A DNA stretch of 64,000 nucleotides from Vulcanimicrobiota bacterium (GTDB taxonomy: Bacteria > Vulcanimicrobiota > Vulcanimicrobiia > Vulcanimicrobiales > Vulcanimicrobiaceae). Of this stretch, positions 19,423 to 28,785 are shown piece after piece. The stretch lies in contig OY970223.1 of assembly GCA_963714015.1 (NCBI GenBank), positions 1,280,001-1,344,000 on the forward strand, read 5' to 3'. The notes beneath the pieces are model-generated. The model was not told the origin of the DNA and did not search any database. It worked only from the letters and a program-made list of their open reading frames with translations. The first letter of the stretch is position 1. Every line of letters starts with the position of its first letter. The position numbers were made by a program, and so were the translations under genes.

Positions 19423-20153
19423 TCGCACTGCTCGGGCAATACGTCCGCATCCAGTGGCTTCAACTGATCCGTATGCCGGGATTCGTCATCCCGACGATCG
19501 GTTTTCCGGCCCTATTTTACTCGCTCTTCGATTTGAACTTCGCTCGCGCGCACTTGAATATTGCCGGCGTGCTGATGCTCGGATACGTTGCGTTCGCCAT
19601 CATCGGCGTGACGCTCTTTCAATTCGGCGTCGGCATAGCCAATGAACGCACGACGCCGTGGGAGCGCTACGTGCGGACGCTTCCCGCGCCGGTCGGGGTT
19701 CGTTTCGGCGGCCGAATCGTCGTCGCTGCGATGTTCGGTCTCGTCGCCGCCGGCTTTGTGGTGCTCGTTGCCTCGCTGGCAACCGGCGTTCACTATACCA
19801 TATCGCAATGGGCCGCTATCGGCGCAGCAATGTTGGCGGGCGGGGCGGTCTTCACCATCTTCGGTATCGCCATCGGATATTGGTGCACGCCGAAGTCGGC
19901 GATTCCGATCGCGAACGTGTTCTATCTGCTGCTGTCGTTTGCGGGCGGTCTGTGGATTCCGCCGTCGGAACTTCCCCAGTTTGCGCGCGTCATCTCGCCC
20001 TTCACCCCTACGCGCCAGTTTGCCGATCTGCTTTGGAATGCGCCTTCGGGATTGTCCGTTCACGCGTTGACCGCACTTGCGGTATTCGGAGCGGGATTTG
20101 CGATCGTCGCCGCAATCGGTTACCGCCGCGACGAGAAACAACGATATGCCTGA
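19419..20153 (+). CDS. ABC-2 type exporter permease
   Basis: Six TM; FQFGVGIANER, LSFAGGLWIP, ISPFTPT. Confidence 0.85.
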   Translation: MIALLGQYVRIQWLQLIRMPGFVIPTIGFPALFYSLFDLNFARAHLNIAGVLMLGYVAFAIIGVTLFQFGVGIANERTTPWERYVRTLPAPVGVRFGGRIVVAAMFGLVAAGFVVLVASLATGVHYTISQWAAIGAAMLAGGAVFTIFGIAIGYWCTPKSAIPIANVFYLLLSFAGGLWIPPSELPQFARVISPFTPTRQFADLLWNAPSGLSVHALTALAVFGAGFAIVAAIGYRRDEKQRYA

Positions 20154-20888
20154 TGCCATGAACGTCGAACGGTCGCCGTGGTGGTACCGGCGCCGCGACG
20201 CCGTGTTCGGAATGATCTACGGTATCGGCTTCTTCGGCGCTTGGGCCTTCTCTGCGGCGACGCATCAACCGTATCGTCCGTGGTTCGTGGCTATTGCGCA
20301 GGAGTGGGGCAGCGACGGATGGACGCGAGTTGCCGCTGTCATGATAGGGTTGATGGCTGCAAGTTTCATACTGCGCCTTTGGGGTTCTCAGCTATCTTCA
20401 CACGAACGTCGTGTGGAGCGATGATGCCCGCACCGACTCACTCGTAATCGCGGGACCATTCCGCTACCTTCGCAATCCGTTATATGTGGGGAACATCCTG
20501 ATGGCCTTGAGCTTCAGCTTGTTCGCGCCGATCGGCGGCTGGATAGATATAAACGTGATGAACCTGGTCTTCGTCGGGGCGTTGATCCGCTGGGAAGAGC
20601 GGGGGCTCGAAAGCTCGGTACGGTGCCGCCTACGATGCTTACTGCACAACCGTTCCCTCTTTGCTGCCCAGGATTCCGCCTGCGGCCGGCAACGCGTTCG
20701 TTCGGCCTTCCGTTATTGAAGGGCTCCGGTCGGAAATTTTCGTCGGCTGCCTCTTTTTGGGTATGATCGTGATGTTCGTGGCGCCATTGAGTTACGGGTT
20801 TGCCGCTTTCGCGGTATTGTACGTCGCCGGTATCGTCGCACAGCGTATTGCGGCAGGCAGAGCGGAGAACTCCGGGCAAGTAGGTTAA
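20146..20888 (+). CDS. Isoprenylcysteine carboxylmethyltransferase/PEMT family membrane protein (frameshifts)
   Basis: LVIAGPFRYLRNPLYVG, WEER, YCTTVPSLLPR across three frames. Confidence 0.75.
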
Positions 20889-20891
20889 ACG

Positions 20892-22328
20892 ATGCGGAGC
20901 GCCCGGTTCGTCTTAATCGCGTGGGGCGCCGTTGCTGTGGTGACGGCGCTTCGCGCTGTCTTTGCGGCGACTCTTCCATTGACCGGAGACGAAGCGTACT
21001 ACTGGGAATGGAGTCGCAGACTTGCTGCCGGCTACGTCGATCATCCGCCTGCCGTCGCGTTTGCAATCGCGGCATTCTCTTGGCTTGGCCGCTCGCCGCT
21101 GGCAATTCGTCTGCCTTTCATTTTATGCGGATTGCTGACCGCGCTTGCGGCAGCCGGTGCCGCAGCTGCGTTGACGCGCAATGCGCTCGCCGGTGCGGCG
21201 GCTGCGCTCTGCGTTTCGCTCGCTCCGATAATGAACGTCGGATTCGGCATTGCAACTCCTGACGGGCCTTTCGCCTTAGGCTGGGCTGCATCGCTCTACT
21301 TTGCGGTAGTTGCGTTTCGCGATCGACGGCGGCATTGGTTCGTGGCGCTGGGCCTCGCGCTGGGCGTTACCATACTTTCGCGGTACTTCGGATTTGCTTT
21401 GATCCTCGGCGTCGTCATTGCGGCCATCGTTTCGCGCGAGCGCAAGCTCTGGCGCGACGGGCTTTGGATCTCCTTCGTGCTGGCATTGGGAATGTACGCT
21501 CCGTTCTTGGCTTGGAACGCCCACCACCACTGGAGTTCATTCGGTTTTGCGCTTTTCCAGCGGCATCCGGCAGATGAAGCGGGTGCGTTTCGACCTGCTC
21601 TGCTCTATGGGCTGGATGCACTTGCATTCTCGCCCGGCCTGTGGATCGCGGCGACTCTCCTGATCCTCAGAATGAATCAACCTCTTGTGACGTGGACGGC
21701 TCTCCCGCTCTGCGTTCTGCTGTTCGCACTGGCGTTTCACGAGCGCGTCGAGGTCTACTGGTTTATCGGTCCGTTCGTTTCTGTGTGCGTGGGATTAGGA
21801 ACCCTGCGTCCCGCCAGCCCGTGGATATGGGCGCCTGCAGCGGCGCTGAGTGCCGTAGTATTTGTCGCGGCAACGATTCCCGTGCCCGTATTCTCCGCAC
21901 TCGAACGCGCCGGACTGCATTTGAGCGGCGGCGGTCCGTTTGAAATTTTCACATACCGCCGCTTGGCCGCAGATGCCGGCGCGATAGCTCACGCGCACGA
22001 TGCAGTCGTGATGACCGACGGATACGGCTTCTCCTCGCTGCTCGATTTTTATGCGAACGTGCAGCCGGTAGTCATCGGCTACGACGCGCAAGGCACCGAA
22101 TCCGAACGCTGGTTCAGCGACCGCAGCCGGCCCACGCAAGCGCTTTTCATCGACAAGGTTCCGCTCTCGACTCGCCCGGATTTTTCACAACAGCTGAATC
22201 GCGCGTGCGGCCACGTCGTGCCCGGTCCCGTTCTGGCTTACCGGTACCGCCGCTACTTCACGACGTGGTGCGACAAAATGACGCCGAACGCCGTAGCGAC
22301 GCTGCGCTGGCGAACTGCGGCCAACTGA
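20892..22328 (+). CDS. ArnT/GT39-like membrane glycosyltransferase
   Basis: DEAYYWEWS, YVDHPP, TPD; many TM helices. Confidence 0.88.
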   Translation: MRSARFVLIAWGAVAVVTALRAVFAATLPLTGDEAYYWEWSRRLAAGYVDHPPAVAFAIAAFSWLGRSPLAIRLPFILCGLLTALAAAGAAAALTRNALAGAAAALCVSLAPIMNVGFGIATPDGPFALGWAASLYFAVVAFRDRRRHWFVALGLALGVTILSRYFGFALILGVVIAAIVSRERKLWRDGLWISFVLALGMYAPFLAWNAHHHWSSFGFALFQRHPADEAGAFRPALLYGLDALAFSPGLWIAATLLILRMNQPLVTWTALPLCVLLFALAFHERVEVYWFIGPFVSVCVGLGTLRPASPWIWAPAAALSAVVFVAATIPVPVFSALERAGLHLSGGGPFEIFTYRRLAADAGAIAHAHDAVVMTDGYGFSSLLDFYANVQPVVIGYDAQGTESERWFSDRSRPTQALFIDKVPLSTRPDFSQQLNRACGHVVPGPVLAYRYRRYFTTWCDKMTPNAVATLRWRTAAN

Positions 22329-22331
22329 TCA

Positions 22332-24569
22332 TCATTTCGGGCTAAGCGTCAAGGTTCGCACGGCTCCCGCGCTGACCGCGGCGTCACTGAACGGCAGCGG
22401 AATCATGCGCTGGTCGATCCAGGCCGCGCTCTGATCCTTGTAGTGGCCGGAACCCGGCTCGCCTGATTCACCGCTGGGAATGACGATGCCGCCGGCGTCC
22501 CAGTCGCCCACATCCCAGACTGCGCGAAAGCTTTGGGTATCGCGCGTGTTCTGCACGTGTATCGAATAACTGTCGCCGTCACCCGGCAGCAAGACGCCGT
22601 TCAAGAATCCGAATCCCAATGCCGCCAGCGGATGTTTGATCGGAACCGGATCGTAGGCACCCCATGTCTGCAACAGCCGCGAACCTTGCTGCTTTACCGC
22701 GGCGCGTAATGATTCCACCAGCAGCTCGTCGTAGTCGCCGTTGCGCCACCACCCCGCGGGTCGCTCGCGCAGGACCCGCATCAGCAGCACGATCTCCGTA
22801 TTCGCCGCGAGATTGGGGCGATCGCTGGCGCTGTACGCTTTGCTCGCGGGTCCGGCAGCGTAGTCGGCGAGCGACTGCGCCGCAATCTGGGCCACTGCGC
22901 GCACGATCGGTGCGCCGGTCGAGCCCGGATCGAAACGGCCGTTCCACTGCCGGACAGCTTGCATATAGGGCCGCAGCGTGGCGTCTTGTTGCACGTGCTT
23001 GCGTTGCGCGGCGGCAAGCAGGTTTGCGGCGAGGTCGCGTTCGGGAAGTGAAAGCGTATCCGTTTGGAACGACGCAAAATCGTTTACACCCAGCTTCGGC
23101 TTCGAATGAAGCATCTGCTTGATTCGCGCGGCGCGATAAGGCGGTTCGAAGAACGCCGTGAGGCGGTAGGGGTAACCGCGTCCGTACATGCGATTATTGG
23201 CGGTAAACACCAGGCTGCCGGGTGAGGCTGCAACCTTCGGCAGTCGATCGAACGGGACGAACGGATAGAGCGGATCGGTCGCGGCGTGAACGCGCAATCC
23301 CCACGACGGATCGTCGGGAATCAGTCCGGCGAGCTGATACGCGGCACTGCCGGTGCGATCCGCCAGCACGAAATTCTGCGGCGGGCCGGGGTATTTGCGC
23401 AAGGCGTCGAGCGCCTGCGCGATCGATCGCGCACGATCGAGCCCTTCGAACGTAACGAGTGCAGTGCGCGGCGTGCGGACGGCGTTCCAGTCGACGGCAT
23501 ATGCGGTCCGTCCCTCGGTGCGCGCGACGAAGCCATGGGCCGTGGAATAATACGTTGCCGTAACGTCCCGCCCGAAGCGCACGTGAAAGATTTCGCGCCG
23601 CTGCCGCGCGCCGTCGAGAGAATCGCGATAGACGACTTCGGTCGTGACCGTTCCGTTGGTGGCGCCCCATGCGAGGTCGTCGTTATGTCCCAGAATAACG
23701 CCGGGCGTTCCGGCAAGCGAAGCCCCGGCGACGTGCAGATCGGGATCGTGCAGGTCGAGCAAATACCAAACGCCGGGGATCTGGAGCCGAAGATGCGGAT
23801 CGTTTGCGAGCAGCGCGTGCCCGTCGGCAGAATGCCGGGCGCCCGTGGCCCATTCGTTGCTGCCGATCGGTTCACGTCCCGGAACGGCAAACGCCGCGCG
23901 CGCCTGCCGCGGAGTGAGCGGCGGGACGGGTGCTTTCCGCGGCGAGGTGAGCGGGACGTCGTATGCGGGATCCGTGATCGAGTAGAGCTCGCGCGCCCAC
24001 GAGACGCCGGTCGTTCGCGCTACCCGATCGCGCGTGATGACGTCATCCCAAGGATCGATCAAATCGAGCGCCGTCGCCATCCCGACGGCGAGCGAGTCCT
24101 GCGGCTCCCACGGCTGCGGCCGGTAAAGCAGAAGATGAAATTCCACGGGCAGCGGCTGCTGCCGCATGGCCGCGTTGATTCCGTCGCAGAACGACCGTAC
24201 GATCGCGCGATCGCCCGCAGTCATGTTCGACCACTGTTCCCGCGCTATCGCTGCAATGTCCACGATGCGCGCCTTCTCGTCGGCTGCCAGCGCCGCAGGG
24301 CCGATCACTTCGGCAAGTCTGCCGTAGACGTACCGTCGCAGCAGATCCATTTGAAAAAGCCGGTCGGACGCTTCGGCATATCCCTGCGCGAAGAACAGAT
24401 CGCGATCGTTGCGCGCCCGAATATGCGCAATGTCCCGATTGTCGCGAATTATTTGAACCGAAGCACTCAGGCCGGGCTCCCGAAGCGTTCCGGCGGTTTG
24501 CGCCGCCGCCCGCATTCCGGCGAGCGCGTTAACTACCCAGGCCAAGACAAGTGCCAAAATTAGGAGCAA
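22332..24569 (-). CDS. Penicillin acylase family Ntn-hydrolase
   Basis: DRLFQMDLLRR, GSNEW (catalytic Ser), LLANDPHL, AWGATN, GESGEPGSGHY; true start may be nearer 24633. Confidence 0.92.
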   Translation of the reverse strand: MLLILALVLAWVVNALAGMRAAAQTAGTLREPGLSASVQIIRDNRDIAHIRARNDRDLFFAQGYAEASDRLFQMDLLRRYVYGRLAEVIGPAALAADEKARIVDIAAIAREQWSNMTAGDRAIVRSFCDGINAAMRQQPLPVEFHLLLYRPQPWEPQDSLAVGMATALDLIDPWDDVITRDRVARTTGVSWARELYSITDPAYDVPLTSPRKAPVPPLTPRQARAAFAVPGREPIGSNEWATGARHSADGHALLANDPHLRLQIPGVWYLLDLHDPDLHVAGASLAGTPGVILGHNDDLAWGATNGTVTTEVVYRDSLDGARQRREIFHVRFGRDVTATYYSTAHGFVARTEGRTAYAVDWNAVRTPRTALVTFEGLDRARSIAQALDALRKYPGPPQNFVLADRTGSAAYQLAGLIPDDPSWGLRVHAATDPLYPFVPFDRLPKVAASPGSLVFTANNRMYGRGYPYRLTAFFEPPYRAARIKQMLHSKPKLGVNDFASFQTDTLSLPERDLAANLLAAAQRKHVQQDATLRPYMQAVRQWNGRFDPGSTGAPIVRAVAQIAAQSLADYAAGPASKAYSASDRPNLAANTEIVLLMRVLRERPAGWWRNGDYDELLVESLRAAVKQQGSRLLQTWGAYDPVPIKHPLAALGFGFLNGVLLPGDGDSYSIHVQNTRDTQSFRAVWDVGDWDAGGIVIPSGESGEPGSGHYKDQSAAWIDQRMIPLPFSDAAVSAGAVRTLTLSPK

Positions 24570-24610
24570 AACGGCGAGTGCAGTCTGCGGTAAGGCTGCT
24601 GCGCCGCCGC

Positions 24611-24916
24611 TTAGACGTCGACGTATACGTCATCGCCTTCGACCGTGACTGCATACGTTGCCACGCCGATAACCGCCGGCAGCGTCAGCGCCTCGCCGGT
24701 ACGCACGTCGAACTGCGCGCCGTGCCGAGGGCATTCGATCTTGCATCCGTCTAAATTTCCTTGATCGAGCGGACCTCCGTCGTGCGTGCAGACGTCTTCG
24801 ATCGCATAGAGCTCGCCCTCGCAGCGGCAGAGCAACACCCCGGCGCCGGCCGTCACGACGCGAAGCGTCGTGCCTTCAGCGATGCTGCCGGTCTTTGCGA
24901 CGGGTCCGCTTTTCAT
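24611..24916 (-). CDS. Rieske [2Fe-2S] ferredoxin
   Basis: CTH...CPRH motifs, FDVRTG. Confidence 0.92.
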   Translation of the reverse strand: MKSGPVAKTGSIAEGTTLRVVTAGAGVLLCRCEGELYAIEDVCTHDGGPLDQGNLDGCKIECPRHGAQFDVRTGEALTLPAVIGVATYAVTVEGDDVYVDV

Positions 24917-24994
24917 GCGCGTGCAGTTTCGCGCGCATCCGATTTCGCCTTGCGGATGAGCGGAAAACATCCGCAAAGCCCCAAAGAATGCGGC

Positions 24995-26395
24995 ATGAAG
25001 ATATCTCCCTTGACGGTGGCTTTTGCGGGTCTGGCCGTCCTGCTGTTAGGTGCGGCTCCGGCGCCGGATTATCAAGCCATGATGAAGGTCATGAAAATTC
25101 CCGGAATGGTGGTGCTCGTCATGGACCATGGAACCGTCGTAAGCGATAACGCCTACGGCGTGAAGAACCTGACGTCGAACGCACCGGTCGACGAGCACAC
25201 GCGCTTCGAGATCGGTTCGATCACCAAGCAGTTCACCGCGGCGGCGATTCTGCGGTTGAAAGAAAAAGGCAAGCTCGCTCTGGACGATCCATTGGCCAAG
25301 TACCTGCCGCAATACACTGCCGCCCGCGACGTCACGCTGCGGCAAATGCTGTTGCAGATTAGCGGCATTCCGAACTACACCGACACCAAAGCGTTCGGCA
25401 AACTGATCGCTCTGCGAAACGGGAGCTGCGTAGTCACCGAACCTGGAAACGTTGAACGCGTCATCACGATGATAAAGAATCAGAAGCTGGATTTTAAGCC
25501 CGGCACGAAGTGGGAGTACAGCAATTCGAACTATTACTTGCTGGGACGGGTTGTGGAGCTCGCGTCCGGAGAACCGTGGGCGCAATACATCAGCGAGCAC
25601 ATTTTTGCGCCGGCGGGCATGACGGAATCCTCCTTCATGGAAGACGAAGGGTCCGTTCCCGACATGGCGACGGGATACGTTTACGATAAGCGGCGTTTCG
25701 TACCGGCGGCCTCGTTCAACGGCTGGGCGGGAGGAGCCGGTACGATCGTTTCGACTGCGAGCGATCTTGCAAAGTGGGATGCCGCGCTCTTTGCCGGCAA
25801 AATCATACCGCCGGAGGACGTCAAGTTGATGACTTCCCCGGGTAAGCTGCCGGCGCTCAGCGGTCACTACGGCTTCGGTTGGGTGATTGATACGTACGAC
25901 GGCCAGCAGCGCGTCTGGCACAACGGCGGAACCCTGGGCTTCAATGCCAGCAATCAAATCTATCCCGCGCAGCGCCAGGCCGTAATCGTCCTGACGAATG
26001 TTGCCGGAGGCGCCGACGCAATCGCGGACCGCACATTCTCCGGGCTCCATCCTGAGCTTGCCGCCGCGCAGAACAAGCCGGCGTCAGGGGAAGATCCCGC
26101 CGTGACCGCGCGCGCTAAGACGGTGTGGTCGGAATTCGTCGCGGGTAAACTCGATCGTTCGCAATTCACGGACGCGATGAACAAAGCTATGACGCCCCAA
26201 GTTATCTCGGGGGCGGCTGCCCAATTCGCGCCCCTCGGCAGCGCGACGTCGTGGGTTTATACCGGGAAACATGCGGATGGCGGTGGTACGACTTACGCAT
26301 ACCACGTGACCTTCGCAAACGGCGCCTCGCTCAACGTGTACATGACCGTCGACGCCTCGAACAAAATCGCCGGATACCTGGCTACGCCGTCTTAA
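24995..26395 (+). CDS. Secreted serine hydrolase, beta-lactamase/peptidase S12 family
   Basis: Signal peptide; SITK (SxxK), YSN, HNG. Confidence 0.9.
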   Translation: MKISPLTVAFAGLAVLLLGAAPAPDYQAMMKVMKIPGMVVLVMDHGTVVSDNAYGVKNLTSNAPVDEHTRFEIGSITKQFTAAAILRLKEKGKLALDDPLAKYLPQYTAARDVTLRQMLLQISGIPNYTDTKAFGKLIALRNGSCVVTEPGNVERVITMIKNQKLDFKPGTKWEYSNSNYYLLGRVVELASGEPWAQYISEHIFAPAGMTESSFMEDEGSVPDMATGYVYDKRRFVPAASFNGWAGGAGTIVSTASDLAKWDAALFAGKIIPPEDVKLMTSPGKLPALSGHYGFGWVIDTYDGQQRVWHNGGTLGFNASNQIYPAQRQAVIVLTNVAGGADAIADRTFSGLHPELAAAQNKPASGEDPAVTARAKTVWSEFVAGKLDRSQFTDAMNKAMTPQVISGAAAQFAPLGSATSWVYTGKHADGGGTTYAYHVTFANGASLNVYMTVDASNKIAGYLATPS

Positions 26396-26412
26396 ATCGT
26401 GACGAATGCGGC

Positions 26413-27825
26413 TTAGCCGACTGAGCCTTCCATCTCCATTTTGACGAGGCGATTCAGTTCGACCGCGTATTCCATCGGGAGTTCCTTGACGAAGAAATCG
26501 AAGAACCCGTTGACGATCATTGCGGTAGCGTCGGCTTCGGATAGGCCGCGGCTCATGGCGTAGAAGAGCTGCTCCTCGCCGATTTTACTGACGCTGGCCT
26601 CGTGTTCGACCGTGGAGCGCTGCTCGTGGATCTTCATCGTGGGCTTGGTATCGCTCGCGGACTGCTCGTCCATGATGAGCGCGTCGCACTTCACGCGCGT
26701 TTTCGCGCCCGTCGCGCCGGGATGCACTTCGACCAAGCCGCGATACGTGGTCTTGCCGCCGTGCGCACTGACGGATTTATTGGTCACCACCGACGTCGTG
26801 TTGGGCGCCGCATGAATCACTTTGGCGCCGGCGTCCTGGTGCTGCCCTTCACCGGCGAATGCCATCGAAAGGATCTCGCCGCGCGCGCCTTCTCCCATCA
26901 AGTAGATCGCCGGGTACTTCATCGTCAGACGTGAGCCGATGTTGCCGTCGACCCATTCGACCGTCGCGTTCTTGTGGGCGTACGCGCGTTTGGTGACCAA
27001 GTTAAAGATGTTGCGGTACCAGTTTTGAATGGTCGTATAACGAATCGACGCATCTTCGAGCGCTATGAGCTCTACGACCGCGCTATGCAGCGAGCTGGTC
27101 GAGAACTTGGGGGCCGTGCAGCCCTCGATGTAGTGAACTTTTGCGCCCTTGTCGGCAATGATCAGCGTGCGCTCGAACTGGCCCATATTCTCAGCGTTGA
27201 TGCGAAAATAGGCCTGGAGCGGCATCTTGACTTCGACGCCGGGCGGAACGTAGACGAACGAGCCGCCCGACCAAACGGCGGAATTCAGCGCAGCGAACTT
27301 GTTGTCTGCGGGCGGAATGATCGTCGCGAAATACTTCTGAAGGATCTCGGGATACTGTTTGACGGCTGTGTCCATGTCGCAGAAAAGGACGCCAAGTTTC
27401 TCGAGCTCGGTGCTGACGTTGTGGTAAACGACTTCGGATTCGTACTGTGCCGACACGCCGGCCAAAAACTTACGTTCGGCTTCGGGAATCCCCAGACGAT
27501 CGAAAGTGCGTTTGATGTCGTCGGGGACGTCGTCCCAAGAGCGCTCCGCCCGGTCGGTCGACTTCACGAAATAGTGGATATTTGCAAAGTCGATCTCATT
27601 CAGCAAAGCCGTGTCGCCCCACCCCGGCATGGGCTTGCTCAAGAAGATCTCCAGCGCTTTCAAGCGGAAGTCGCGCATCCAAGCGGGCTCGCTTTTCATC
27701 TCGCTGATGCGCGTGACGATTTCGCGGGTCAGACCCTTCCCCGATTTGAAGACGTAGTTTTCGGGGTCATGAAAGCCGTGTCGATAGTCGTCGACGATTG
27801 CCGTGGTCTTCAGTTCGGTGGCCAT
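26413..27825 (-). CDS. sufB: Fe-S cluster assembly protein SufB
   Basis: [47 protein letters not shown]. Confidence 0.97.
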   Translation of the reverse strand: MATELKTTAIVDDYRHGFHDPENYVFKSGKGLTREIVTRISEMKSEPAWMRDFRLKALEIFLSKPMPGWGDTALLNEIDFANIHYFVKSTDRAERSWDDVPDDIKRTFDRLGIPEAERKFLAGVSAQYESEVVYHNVSTELEKLGVLFCDMDTAVKQYPEILQKYFATIIPPADNKFAALNSAVWSGGSFVYVPPGVEVKMPLQAYFRINAENMGQFERTLIIADKGAKVHYIEGCTAPKFSTSSLHSAVVELIALEDASIRYTTIQNWYRNIFNLVTKRAYAHKNATVEWVDGNIGSRLTMKYPAIYLMGEGARGEILSMAFAGEGQHQDAGAKVIHAAPNTTSVVTNKSVSAHGGKTTYRGLVEVHPGATGAKTRVKCDALIMDEQSASDTKPTMKIHEQRSTVEHEASVSKIGEEQLFYAMSRGLSEADATAMIVNGFFDFFVKELPMEYAVELNRLVKMEMEGSVG

Positions 27826-27882
27826 CTGCTGCTGTCGAAATTCCTCTTCTTAAGACGTAGGCCGGCGCACGGGCCGACTTTC

Positions 27883-27930
27883 AGGCTACCCCCGGCGAGG
27901 GCGATAGTCAAGATAGTGAAGTCCTATCTT
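27883..27930 (-). promoter_or_regulatory. sufB promoter with overlapping inverted repeat
   Basis: TTGACT-17 nt-TAGCCT (27883..27911); AAGATAG-N7-CTATCTT at 27910..27930. Confidence 0.6.
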
Positions 27931-27976
27931 CACTTTCAAACCTTCCGGGTCTTCAAAAGTTTCCTCTCCGAATTAC

Positions 27977-28011
27977 TTTACAGGGGGGGTCTGAGGGGAT
28001 ATCATATCCCC
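27977..28011 (+). promoter_or_regulatory. speD promoter with perfect palindrome over the -10 box
   Basis: TTTACA-17 nt-TATCAT; GGGGATAT-C-ATATCCCC at 27995..28011. Confidence 0.65.
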
Positions 28012-28089
28012 CGGTCTCTTTATTAAACGCTCTAGCCTTCCTCAGCGGCTGCGGCCGAACGGCCGAGCCGGTCCTGAAGGAGCCAAAGC

Positions 28090-28188
28090 GTGACGAAGCG
28101 GCCACGGGATATGGGAGGCGCGCCCTTACGCGCCATCGCGGCGAGACGCCCGCGCACCGAAAAAGCGCCGGCAAGAGTTCGCCGATAG
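28090..28188 (+). CDS. Putative 32-aa Arg-rich leader peptide upstream of speD
   Basis: AAGGAG 7 nt before GTG; MTKRPRDMGGAPLRAIAARRPRTEKAPARVRR then TAG. Confidence 0.45.
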   Translation: MTKRPRDMGGAPLRAIAARRPRTEKAPARVRR

Positions 28189-28268
28189 GTCGGGGACGTG
28201 ACTGCACTGCAGGCGCCAGCCGACGTGGTCCGGAGGTGGGATTTCCCCCAAGTTCGAGGAGATAGAAA

Positions 28269-28682
28269 TTGAAGGCACTCGGTACGCACATTGTGTGCGA
28301 ACTCTCGGGGTGTGACCCGAAGGCCCTCACGGACGTCGATGCCGTCCACGCCATGATGATTCAGGCGGCCACTGCGGCCCGCGCGACCATCATGGAGAGC
28401 GCCTTTCACCGGTTCGAGCCACAAGGTGTATCTGGGACCGTCATCTTGGCGGAATCGCATCTGTCCATCCATACTTGGCCCGAGAAGGGCTACGCCGCGA
28501 TGGACTTCTACACGTGCGGCGACCACACGGACCCATGGCTTGCCTGCGAACATGCCGCGAACGTGCTGTCGGCCAAAAACGTGCTGACCACCGAATTCAA
28601 GCGCGGTATCGAGGCGAAAAACGGCACTTACACGCACGTGGTGACCGCGACCGAAGCCGCCGATCGTCCAAAAACAGCCTGA
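28269..28682 (+). CDS. speD: S-adenosylmethionine decarboxylase proenzyme (short class 1b)
   Basis: FEPQGVS, LAESHLSIHTWPE (E|S self-cleavage), DFYTCG; GAGGAG RBS and TTG start. Confidence 0.95.
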   Translation: MKALGTHIVCELSGCDPKALTDVDAVHAMMIQAATAARATIMESAFHRFEPQGVSGTVILAESHLSIHTWPEKGYAAMDFYTCGDHTDPWLACEHAANVLSAKNVLTTEFKRGIEAKNGTYTHVVTATEAADRPKTA

Positions 28683-28705
28683 GCTTCTCTTCGAATAAAA
28701 CATCA

Positions 28706-28738
28706 AACAGCGCGTCAATCGACGCGCTGTTATTTTTT
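28706..28738 (+). terminator. Intrinsic terminator after speD
   Basis: AACAGCGCGTC-AATC-GACGCGCTGTT then ATTTTTT. Confidence 0.85.
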
Positions 28739-28785
28739 CGTTAACTCGGTCATAAACGTGAACAGTAAGAGACGATACAAGTCGT

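Noticed and set aside
28012..28268. Canonical SAM-I riboswitch before speD
   Set aside because: Conserved AUC..GAG/GCAACC/AAAGAU core not found; region kept as an unknown leader
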